64,000 nucleotides of DNA, taken from the NCBI GenBank assembly GCA_053919585.1, contig CM132784.1, one strand, 5' to 3'. The stretch is from Euprymna scolopes. Its lineage: Eukaryota. Position numbers and translations under genes: made by a program. The notes beneath the pieces are model-generated. The model had not been told where the DNA came from, ran no database searches, and saw only the letters and a program-made list of their open reading frames with translations. This document shows, one piece after another, positions 25,943 to 40,100 of the stretch; the first letter of the stretch is position 1; every line of letters begins with the position of its first letter.

Positions 25943-26472
25943 TTATGATATATACTAAAATAATACCTGTCTCAGGACGGGTAAAATTAATTCTCCGAAC
26001 ACAATGACACAACACTTTAAGAAAATTTAAATCCAAATATAACGATATTAAACCTTATTTCTACAATCCTTATTTCATTTTTTATCAAAATTTATTGCAA
26101 TGTATTTATTTTAGAAAATGTCTAAAATTTATGGAGACTCAAGAAATTGGAATTCAGAGAATTTTGCTTAATTGGTGCTTAATGAGTTAAGATCAAATTC
26201 AATGGAAAATTGAAAAGTTTTGTGATGGTTTTGCCTCAAGAATCTCTTTCAAAATATGCAAATGAAACTGAAATGATTTTTCAATCAGGCATGACAGACC
26301 AAGGAACATACCTTTTCAAACTTATGTATGATAGATCAAATAAAATACTTAAGTAAACTCAAGCATGACAGACCAAGGAAAATGCTATTTCAAATGTAAT
26401 TGTGACAAATAAACGAAAATGCTGTCAAACCATATACTTGATTGATCAATAAAACTTATATTTCAAACTTAA

Positions 26473-26879
26473 CTAGCCTGGGTGCTCGGCGTTGCCCGGA
26501 TGTTCGGAGGTGTGTGTTGAGCAAAAAAAAAAAAAAAAGATGGTACGGGGAAAGAGGAAAAGAACGTGAAAAAAGAGACGTCTTTGCTGTTACGCCCATC
26601 GCCAAACCGGAAGTAGGGTAGATTATAATTAAGGCTCGCCAATCGAAAAGAAAGGATGGCTTTCAAAAATATCGGCGAAAAAAGCGACCCCTTCTTGTAG
26701 AAAAATGTCAAGTTCAGGGTGAAGGAATTAATGTTTTAGCCAATTTTTCGATACTTTTCGTCCAAAGGGTCGAGCTTAAAGACAATACCGATCTTGTGAA
26801 AATCCGTCGCCTCTGTCAAAAGTTTCAGGCGGTCATACATACATACATTTAAACAGACAGGTAAGGTTTATATTATAGA
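26473..26879 (-). mobile_element. Short Helitron-like element, copy 1 (407 bp)
   Basis: Minus strand begins TCTATAATATAAAC and ends CCGGGCAACGCCGAGCACCCAGGCTAG. Confidence 0.8.
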
Positions 26880-27201
26880 CTAGCCTGGATGCCCGACGTT
26901 GCCCGGGTGTTTGGAGGTGTGTGTTGAGCAAAAAGCAAAAGAAAAAAGTAGTAGTAGGTAGGCAGGCTTGAACGACAAAAAAAAAACGTGATGTTTTGCT
27001 GTTGCGCCCATCGCCAAACTGGAAGTGACGTAGGTTTAAATTAAGGCTGGTCAAGCGAAAAGAGGGGATGACATTCGAAAATATCGGCGAAAAAAGCGAC
27101 CCCTCCCTGTAGAAAAGTGCCCAGTAGAGGGTGAAAGTTTTACGCGGACATACAAACATACATACATCTAAACAGATAGGTGAGATTTATATTATATATG
27201 A
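26880..27201 (-). mobile_element. Short Helitron-like element, copy 2 (diverged, internal deletion)
   Basis: Ends CCCGGGCAACGTCGGGCATCCAGGCTAG directly abutting the TC of copy 1; the body aligns with copy 1. Confidence 0.75.
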
Positions 27202-28117
27202 CTTTCTTTTAATATCTATGACTCTTTATTATTTTGAAGGAGTATCACATCACTATAGTGCATTATATAATACTATTTAGATACGGATGATGGGGTGTAA
27301 AAAAAAGGGTATATAAGAAAATTTAGCATCCAACTTACGTACACTGGGCAATTCCAGTAGAAGTAAGAGTAGGACGAGAAATAAGTGTTATAGGAAGTTG
27401 AATCATGGGCGAAAGTCCTAAAATGAAACGTAAGGAGGGGGGGGCGAAGTCTTTTTCTTTTGCAGATAAGCTGCTTATGATCAAAGCTTTTTTTTACTCC
27501 CTATCCGTAGAAGATATCGGGAGCGTATATGTGACCTTACAGTGCTATGGGAAAATAAGGGAACAGAAAACGGAATATGCTTTTCTTTTCTTTTATACTG
27601 CACATAATCGAAGCTGCCAGGTGATAGAGAAAGACGAGAACTTCGACTGTCATATTACCATTACAAAAAAAAAAAAAAAAAAAGAAAAAAAAAGAAATCA
27701 ACCAGCTGATTTTGTCGATGAAGTAAGCGAACCATTGGGAGGTTGAAGGACATCCAAGCGATGCTGCAATTATCCATTTATACAATTGTGTAATCTGAGT
27801 AATGAAAACGCACATGCCTGCCTGACATTGAATTATATAAAGATTAAATATAAAGAGTAACAATAAAAAGAACAGTCATTTTCTCTTAACAGCACGGACT
27901 CGCTTAATCTGCCTGTGTGATTGCCAGCTGTTGCTGATGGCTAAGGTCAACCCTGACAAACAGAAAGTTATTAACGTTTTTATTATACTCAACACCATTA
28001 ACAAATTGATAATTAAACATGGACCACTGTGTGAATATTGATTTGGAAGATGCATCACTCAATCATTTGCGTCAATTACGTATGCCTGTTTTGAACATCG
28101 ACTGCTGCAACGAGCCA

Positions 28118-31100
28118 GGACCTCAGACATAGATGACATATACTAAACTTGTTAAACGGACATCAGACAGATGATGTATACTAAACTTGTTAAACGGACA
28201 TCAGACATAGACGACATATACTAAACTTGTTAAACGGACATCAGACATAGATGACATATACTAAATTTGTTAAACGGAAATCAGACATAGATGACATATA
28301 CTAAACTAGTTAAACGGACCTCAGACATAGATGACATATACTAAACTAGTTAAACGGACATCAGACATAGATGACATATACTAAATTTGTTAAACGGAAA
28401 TCAGACATAGATGACATATACTAAACTAGTTAAACGGACCTCAGACATAGATGACATATACTAAACTAGTTAAACGGACCTCAGACATAGATGACATATA
28501 CTAAACTAGTTAAACGGACATGAGACAGATGACATATACTAAACTTGTTAAACGGACATCAGACATAGATGACATATACTAAACTAGTTAAACGGACATC
28601 AGACATAGATGACATATACTAAACTAGTTAAACGGACCTCAGACATAGATGACATATACTAAACTAGTTAAACGGACATGAGAAAGATGATATATACTAA
28701 ACTTGTTAAACGGACATCAGAATAGATGACATATACTAAACTAGTTAAACGGACCTCAGACATAGATGACATATACTAAACTTGTTAAACGGACATGAGA
28801 AAGATGACATATACTAAACTTGTTAAACGGACATCAAACATAGATGACATATACTAAACTAGTTAAACGGACCTCAGACATAGATGACATATACTAAACT
28901 AGTTAAACGGACATGAGAAAGATGACATATACTAAACTTGTTAAACGGACATCAGACATAGATGACATATACTAAACTTGTTAAACGGACATCAGACATA
29001 GATGACATATACTAAACTTGTTAAACGGACATCAGACATAGATGACATATACTAAACTAGTTAAACGGACATCAGACAGATGACATATACTAAACTTGTA
29101 AAACGGACATCAGACATAGATGACATATACTAAACTTGTTAAACGGACATCAGACATAGATGACATATACTAAACTTGTTAAACGGACATCAGACATAGA
29201 TGACATATACTAAACAAGTTAAACGGACATGAGACAGATGACATACACTAAACTTGTTAAACGGACATCAGACGTAGATGACATATACTAAACTTGTTAA
29301 ACGGACATCAGACATAGATGACATATACTAAACTAGTTAAACGGACATGAGACAGATGACATATACTAAACTTGTTAAACGGACATCAGACATAGACGAC
29401 ATATACTAAACTTGTTAAACGGACATCAGACATAGATGACATATACTAAACTAGTTAAACGGACATCAGACAGATGACATATACTAAACTTGTTAAACGG
29501 ACATCAGACATAGATGACATATACTAAACTAGTTAAACGGACCTCAGACATAGATGATATATACTAAACTAGTTAAACGGACATGAGAAAGATGACATAT
29601 ACTAAACTTGTTAAACGGACATCAGACATAGATGACATATACTAAACTAGTTAAACGGACCTCATACATAGATGACATATACTAAACTAGTTAAACGGAC
29701 ATGAGAAAGATGATATATACTAAACTTGTTAAACGGACCTCAGACATAGATGACATATACTAAACTAGTTAAACGGACATGAGAAAGATGATATATACTA
29801 AACTTGTTAAACGGACATCAGAATAGATGACATATACTAAACTAGTTAAACGGACCTCAGACATAGATGACATATACTAAACTAGTTAAACGGACATGAG
29901 AAAGATGACATATACTAAACTTGTTAAACGGACATCAGACATAGATGACATATACTAAACTTGTTAAACGGACATCAGACATAGATGACATATACTAAAC
30001 TTGTTAAACGGACATCAGACATAGATGACATATACTAAACTAGTTAAACGGACATGAGACAGATGACATATACTAAACTTGTTAAACGGACATCAGACAT
30101 AGATGACATATACTAAACTTGTTAAACCGACATCAGACATAGACGACATATACTAAACTTGTTAAACGGACCTCAGACATAGATGACATATACTAAACTT
30201 GTTAAACGGACATCAGACATAGATGACATATACTAAACTTGTTAAACGGACATCAGACATAGATGATATATACTAAACTAGTTAAACGGACCTCAGACAT
30301 AGATGACATATACTAAACTAGTTAAACGGACCTCAGACATAGATGACATATACTAAACTAGTTAAACGGACATGAGACAGATGATATATACTAAACTTGT
30401 TAAACGGACATCAGACATAGATGACATATACTAAACTTGTTAAACGGACAACAGACATAGATGACATATACTAAACTTGTTAAACGGACATCAGACATAG
30501 ATGACATATATTAAACTAGTTAAACGGACCTCAGACATAGACGACATATACTAAACTAGTTAAACGGACATGAGACAGATGACATATACTAAACTAGTTA
30601 ACGGACCTCAGACATAGATGACATATACTAAACTTGTTAAACGGACCTCAGACATAGATGACATATACTAAACTAGTTAAACGGACATCAGACATAGATG
30701 ACATATACTAAATTTGTTAAACGGAAATCAGACATAGATGACATATACTAAACTAGTTAAACGGACCTCAGACATAGATGACATATACTAAACTAGTTAA
30801 CCGGCCTCAGACATAGATGACATATACTAAACTAGTTAAACGGACATGAGACAGATGACATATACTAAACTTGTTAAACGGACATCAGACATAGATGACA
30901 TATACTAAACTAGTTAAACGGACATCAGACATAGATGACATATACTAAACTAGTTAAACGGACCTCAGACATAGATGACATATACTAAACTAGTTAAACG
31001 GACATGAGAAAGATGATATATACTAAACTTGTTAAACGGACATCAGAATAGATGACATATACTAAACTAGTTAAACGGACCTCAGACATAGATGACATAT

Positions 31101-34100
31101 ACTAAACTTGTTAAACGGACATGAGAAAGATGACATATACTAAACTTGTTAAACGGACATCAAACATAGATGACATATACTAAACTAGTTAAACGGACCT
31201 CAGACATAGATGACATATACTAAACTAGTTAAACGGACATGAGAAAGATGACATATACTAAACTTGTTAAACGGACATCAGACATAGATGACATATACTA
31301 AACTTGTTAAACGGACATCAGACATAGATGACATATACTAAACTTGTTAAACGGACATCAGACATAGATGACATATACTAAACTAGTTAAACGGACATGA
31401 GACAGATGACATATACTAAACTTGTTAAACGGACATCAGACATAGATGACATATACTAAACTTGTTAAACGGACATCAGACATAGATGACATATACTAAA
31501 CTTGTTAAACGGACATCAGACATAGATGACATATACTAAACAAGTTAAACGGACATGAGACAGATGACATACACTAAACTTGTTAAACGGACATCAGACG
31601 TAGATGACATATACTAAACTTGTTAAACGGACATCAGACATAGATGACATATACTAAACTAGTTAAACGGACATGAGACAGATGACATATACTAAACTTG
31701 TTAAACGGACATCAGACATAGACGACATATACTAAACTTGTTAAACGGACATCAGACATAGATGACATATACTAAACTAGTTAAACGGACATCAGACAGA
31801 TGACATATACTAAACTTGTTAAACGGACATCAGACATAGATGACATATACTAAACTAGTTAAACGGACCTCAGACATAGATGATATATACTAAACTAGTT
31901 AAACGGACATGAGAAAGATGACATATACTAAACTTGTTAAACGGACATCAGACATAGATGACATATACTAAACTAGTTAAACGGACCTCATACATAGATG
32001 ACATATACTAAACTAGTTAAACGGACATGAGAAAGATGATATATACTAAACTTGTTAAACGGACCTCAGACATAGATGACATATACTAAACTAGTTAAAC
32101 GGACATGAGAAAGATGATATATACTAAACTTGTTAAACGGACATCAGAATAGATGACATATACTAAACTAGTTAAACGGACCTCAGACATAGATGACATA
32201 TACTAAACTAGTTAAACGGACATGAGAAAGATGACATATACTAAACTTGTTAAACGGACATCAGACATAGATGACATATACTAAACTTGTTAAACGGACA
32301 TCAGACATAGATGACATATACTAAACTTGTTAAACGGACATCAGACATAGATGACATATACTAAACTAGTTAAACGGACATGAGACAGATGACATATACT
32401 AAACTTGTTAAACGGACATCAGACAAAGATGACATATACTAAACTTGTTAAACCGACATCAGACATAGACGACATATACTAAACTTGTTAAACGGACCTC
32501 AGACATAGATGACATATACTAAACTTGTAAAACGGACATCAGACATAGATGACATATACTAAACTTGTTAAACGGACATCAGACATAGATGATATATACT
32601 AAACTAGTTAAACGGACCTCAGACATAGATGACATATACTAAACTAGTTAAACGGACCTCAGACATAGATGACATATACTAAACTAGTTAAACGGACATG
32701 AGACAGATGACATATACTAAACTTGTTAAACGGACATCAGACATAGATGACATATACTAAACTTGTTAAACGGACAACAGACATAGATGACATATACTAA
32801 ACTTGTTAAACGGACATCAGACATAGATGACATATATTAAACTAGTTAAACGGACCTCAGACATAGACGACATATACTAAACTAGTTAAACGGACATGAG
32901 ACAGATGACATATACTAAACTAGTTAACGGACCTCAGACATAGATGACATATACTAAACTTGTTAAACGGACATCAGACATAGATGACATATACTAAACT
33001 TGTTAAACGGACATCAGACATAGATGACATATACTAAACTAGTTAAACGGACCTCAGACATAGATGACATATACTAAACTAGTTAAACGGACATGAGACA
33101 GATGACATATACTAAACTTGTTAAACGGACATCAGACATAGATGACATATACTAAACTTGTTAAACGGACATCAGACATAGATGACATATACTAAACTTG
33201 TTAAACGGACAACAGACATAGATGACATATACTAAACTTGTTAAACGGACCTCAGACATAGATGACATATACTAAACTAGTTAAACGGACATGAGACAGA
33301 TGACATATACTAAACTTGTTAAACGACATCAGACATAGATGACATATACTAAACTTGTTAAACGGACATCAGACATAGATGACATATACTAAACTTGTTA
33401 AACGGACATCAGACATAGACGACATATACTAAACTTGTTAAACGGACATCAGACATAGACGACATATACTAAACTAGTTAAACGGACATCAGACATAGAT
33501 GACATATACTAAACTTGTTAAACGACATCAGACATAGATGACATATACTAAACTTGTTAAACGACATCAGACATAGATGACATATACTAAACTTGTTAAA
33601 CGGACATCAGACATAGACGACATATACTAAACTAGTTAAACGGACATCAGACATAGATGACATATACTAAACTAGTTAAACGGACCTCAGACATAGATGA
33701 CATATACTAAACTTGTTAAACGGACATCAGACATAGATGACATATACTAAACTAGTTAAACGGACCTCAGACATAGATGATATATACTAAACTAGTTAAA
33801 CGGACATGAGAAAGATGACATATACTAAACTTGTTAAACGGACATCAGACATAGATGACATATACTAAACTAGTTAAACGGACCTCATACATAGATGACA
33901 TATACTAAACTAGTTAAACGGACATGAGAAAGATGATATATACTAAACTTGTTAAACGGACCTCAGACATAGATGACATATACTAAACTAGTTAAACGGA
34001 CATGAGAAAGATGATATATACTAAACTTGTTAAACGGACATCAGAATAGATGACATATACTAAACTAGTTAAACGGACCTCAGACATAGATGACATATAC

Positions 34101-37100
34101 TAAACTAGTTAAACGGACATGAGAAAGATGACATATACTAAACTTGTTAAACGGACATCAGACATAGATGACATATACTAAACTTGTTAAACGGACATCA
34201 GACATAGATGACATATACTAAACTTGTTAAACGGACATCAGACATAGATGACATATACTAAACTAGTTAAACGGACATGAGACAGATGACATATACTAAA
34301 CTTGTTAAACGGACATCAGACAAAGATGACATATACTAAACTTGTTAAACCGACATCAGACATAGACGACATATACTAAACTTGTTAAACGGACCTCAGA
34401 CATAGATGACATATACTAAACTTGTAAAACGGACATCAGACATAGATGACATATACTAAACTTGTTAAACGGACATCAGACATAGATGATATATACTAAA
34501 CTAGTTAAACGGACCTCAGACATAGATGACATATACTAAACTAGTTAAACGGACCTCAGACATAGATGACATATACTAAACTAGTTAAACGGACATGAGA
34601 CAGATGACATATACTAAACTTGTTAAACGGACATCAGACATAGATGACATATACTAAACTTGTTAAACGGACAACAGACATAGATGACATATACTAAACT
34701 TGTTAAACGGACATCAGACATAGATGACATATATTAAACTAGTTAAACGGACCTCAGACATAGACGACATATACTAAACTAGTTAAACGGACATGAGACA
34801 GATGACATATACTAAACTAGTTAACGGACCTCAGACATAGATGACATATACTAAACTTGTTAAACGGACATCAGACATAGATGACATATACTAAACTTGT
34901 TAAACGGACATCAGACATAGATGACATATACTAAACTAGTTAAACGGACCTCAGACATAGATGACATATACTAAACTAGTTAAACGGACATGAGACAGAT
35001 GACATATACTAAACTTGTTAAACGGACATCAGACATAGATGACATATACTAAACTTGTTAAACGGACATCAGACATAGATGACATATACTAAACTTGTTA
35101 AACGGACAACAGACATAGATGACATATACTAAACTTGTTAAACGGACCTCAGACATAGATGACATATACTAAACTAGTTAAACGGACATGAGACAGATGA
35201 CATATACTAAACTTGTTAAACGACATCAGACATAGATGACATATACTAAACTTGTTAAACGGACATCAGACATAGATGACATATACTAAACTTGTTAAAC
35301 GGACATCAGACATAGACGACATATACTAAACTTGTTAAACGGACATCAGACATAGACGACATATACTAAACTAGTTAAACGGACATCAGACATAGATGAC
35401 ATATACTAAACTTGTTAAACGACATCAGACATAGATGACATATACTAAACTTGTTAAACGACATCAGACATAGATGACATATACTAAACTTGTTAAACGG
35501 ACATCAGACATAGACGACATATACTAAACTAGTTAAACGGACATCAGACATAGATGACATATACTAAACTAGTTAAACGGACCTCAGACATAGATGACAT
35601 ATACTAAACTTGTTAAACGGACATCAGACATAGATGACATATACTAAACTAGTTAAACGGACCTCAGACATAGATGATATATACTAAACTAGTTAAACGG
35701 ACATGAGAAAGATGACATATACTAAACTTGTTAAACGGACATCAGACATAGATGACATATACTAAACTAGTTAAACGGACCTCATACATAGATGACATAT
35801 ACTAAACTAGTTAAACGGACATGAGAAAGATGATATATACTAAACTTGTTAAACGGACCTCAGACATAGATGACATATACTAAACTAGTTAAACGGACAT
35901 GAGAAAGATGATATATACTAAACTTGTTAAACGGACATCAGAATAGATGACATATACTAACCTAGTTAAACGGACCTCAGACATAGATGACATATACTAA
36001 ACTAGTTAAACGGACATGAGAAAGATGACATATACTAAACTTGTTAAACGGACATCAGACATAGATGACATATACTAAACTTGTTAAACGGACATCAGAC
36101 ATAGATGACATATACTAAACTTGTTAAACGGACATCAGACATAGATGACATATACTAAACTAGTTAAACGGACATGAGACAGATGACATATACTAAACTT
36201 GTTAAACGGACATCAGACATAGATGACATATACTAAACTTGTTAAACCGACATCAGACATAGACGACATATACTAAACTTGTTAAACGGACCTCAGACAT
36301 AGATGACATATACTAAACTTGTTAAACGGACATCAGACATAGATGACATATACTAAACTTGTTAAACGGACATCAGACATAGATGATATATACTAAACTA
36401 GTTAAACGGACCTCAGACATAGATGACATATACTAAACTAGTTAAACGGACCTCAGACATAGATGACATATACTAAACTAGTTAAACGGACATGAGACAG
36501 ATGATATATACTAAACTTGTTAAACGGACATCAGACATAGATGACATATACTAAACTTGTTAAACGGACAACAGACATAGATGACATATACTAAACTTGT
36601 TAAACGGACATCAGACATAGATGACATATATTAAACTAGTTAAACGGACCTCAGACATAGACGACATATACTAAACTAGTTAAACGGACATGAGACAGAT
36701 GACATATACTAAACTAGTTAACGGACCTCAGACATAGATGACATATACTAAACTTGTTAAACGGACCTCAGACATAGATGACATATACTAAACTAGTTAA
36801 ACGGACATCAGACATAGATGACATATACTAAATTTGTTAAACGGAAATCAGACATAGATGACATATACTAAACTAGTTAAACGGACCTCAGACATAGATG
36901 ACATATACTAAACTAGTTAACCGGCCTCAGACATAGATGACATATACTAAACTAGTTAAACGGACATGAGACAGATGACATATACTAAACTTGTTAAACG
37001 GACATCAGACATAGATGACATATACTAAACTAGTTAAACGGACATCAGACATAGATGACATATACTAAACTAGTTAAACGGACCTCAGACATAGATGACA

Positions 37101-40100
37101 TATACTAAACTAGTTAAACGGACATGAGAAAGATGATATATACTAAACTTGTTAAACGGACATCAGAATAGATGACATATACTAAACTAGTTAAACGGAC
37201 CTCAGACATAGATGACATATACTAAACTTGTTAAACGGACATGAGAAAGATGACATATACTAAACTTGTTAAACGGACATCAAACATAGATGACATATAC
37301 TAAACTAGTTAAACGGACCTCAGACATAGATGACATATACTAAACTAGTTAAACGGACATGAGAAAGATGACATATACTAAACTTGTTAAACGGACATCA
37401 GACATAGATGACATATACTAAACTTGTTAAACGGACATCAGACATAGATGACATATACTAAACTTGTTAAACGGACATCAGACATAGATGACATATACTA
37501 AACTAGTTAAACGGACATGAGACAGATGACATATACTAAACTTGTTAAACGGACATCAGACATAGATGACATATACTAAACTTGTTAAACGGACATCAGA
37601 CATAGATGACATATACTAAACTTGTTAAACGGACATCAGACATAGATGACATATACTAAACAAGTTAAACGGACATGAGACAGATGACATACACTAAACT
37701 TGTTAAACGGACATCAGACGTAGATGACATATACTAAACTTGTTAAACGGACATCAGACATAGATGACATATACTAAACTAGTTAAACGGACATGAGACA
37801 GATGACATATACTAAACTTGTTAAACGGACATCAGACATAGACGACATATACTAAACTTGTTAAACGGACATCAGACATAGATGACATATACTAAACTAG
37901 TTAAACGGACATCAGACAGATGACATATACTAAACTTGTTAAACGGACATCAGACATAGATGACATATACTAAACTAGTTAAACGGACCTCAGACATAGA
38001 TGATATATACTAAACTAGTTAAACGGACATGAGAAAGATGACATATACTAAACTTGTTAAACGGACATCAGACATAGATGACATATACTAAACTAGTTAA
38101 ACGGACCTCATACATAGATGACATATACTAAACTAGTTAAACGGACATGAGAAAGATGATATATACTAAACTTGTTAAACGGACCTCAGACATAGATGAC
38201 ATATACTAAACTAGTTAAACGGACATGAGAAAGATGATATATACTAAACTTGTTAAACGGACATCAGAATAGATGACATATACTAAACTAGTTAAACGGA
38301 CCTCAGACATAGATGACATATACTAAACTAGTTAAACGGACATGAGAAAGATGACATATACTAAACTTGTTAAACGGACATCAGACATAGATGACATATA
38401 CTAAACTTGTTAAACGGACATCAGACATAGATGACATATACTAAACTTGTTAAACGGACATCAGACATAGATGACATATACTAAACTAGTTAAACGGACA
38501 TGAGACAGATGACATATACTAAACTTGTTAAACGGACATCAGACAAAGATGACATATACTAAACTTGTTAAACCGACATCAGACATAGACGACATATACT
38601 AAACTTGTTAAACGGACCTCAGACATAGATGACATATACTAAACTTGTAAAACGGACATCAGACATAGATGACATATACTAAACTTGTTAAACGGACATC
38701 AGACATAGATGATATATACTAAACTAGTTAAACGGACCTCAGACATAGATGACATATACTAAACTAGTTAAACGGACCTCAGACATAGATGACATATACT
38801 AAACTAGTTAAACGGACATGAGACAGATGACATATACTAAACTTGTTAAACGGACATCAGACATAGATGACATATACTAAACTTGTTAAACGGACAACAG
38901 ACATAGATGACATATACTAAACTTGTTAAACGGACATCAGACATAGATGACATATATTAAACTAGTTAAACGGACCTCAGACATAGACGACATATACTAA
39001 ACTAGTTAAACGGACATGAGACAGATGACATATACTAAACTAGTTAACGGACCTCAGACATAGATGACATATACTAAACTTGTTAAACGGACATCAGACA
39101 TAGATGACATATACTAAACTTGTTAAACGGACATCAGACATAGATGACATATACTAAACTAGTTAAACGGACCTCAGACATAGATGACATATACTAAACT
39201 AGTTAAACGGACATGAGACAGATGACATATACTAAACTTGTTAAACGGACATCAGACATAGATGACATATACTAAACTTGTTAAACGGACATCAGACATA
39301 GATGACATATACTAAACTTGTTAAACGGACAACAGACATAGATGACATATACTAAACTTGTTAAACGGACCTCAGACATAGATGACATATACTAAACTTG
39401 TTAAACGGACATGAGACAGATGACATATACTAAACTTGTTAAACGACATCAGACATAGATGACATATACTAAACTTGTTAAACGGACATCAGACATAGAT
39501 GACATATACTAAACTTGTTAAACGGACATCAGACATAGACGACATATACTAAACTTGTTAAACGGACATCAGACATAGACGACATATACTAAACTAGTTA
39601 AACGGACATCAGACATAGATGACATATACTAAACTTGTTAAACGACATCAGACATAGATGACATATACTAAACTTGTTAAACGACATCAGACATAGATGA
39701 CATATACTAAACTTGTTAAACGGACATCAGACATAGACGACATATACTAAACTAGTTAAACGGACATCAGACATAGATGACATATACTAAACTAGTTAAA
39801 CGGACCTCAGACATAGATGACATATACTAAACTTGTTAAACGGACATCAGACATAGATGACATATACTAAACTAGTTAAACGGACCTCAGACATAGATGA
39901 TATATACTAAACTAGTTAAACGGACATGAGAAAGATGACATATACTAAACTTGTTAAACGGACATCAGACATAGATGACATATACTAAACTAGTTAAACG
40001 GACCTCATACATAGATGACATATACTAAACTAGTTAAACGGACATGAGAAAGATGATATATACTAAACTTGTTAAACGGACCTCAGACATAGATGACATA

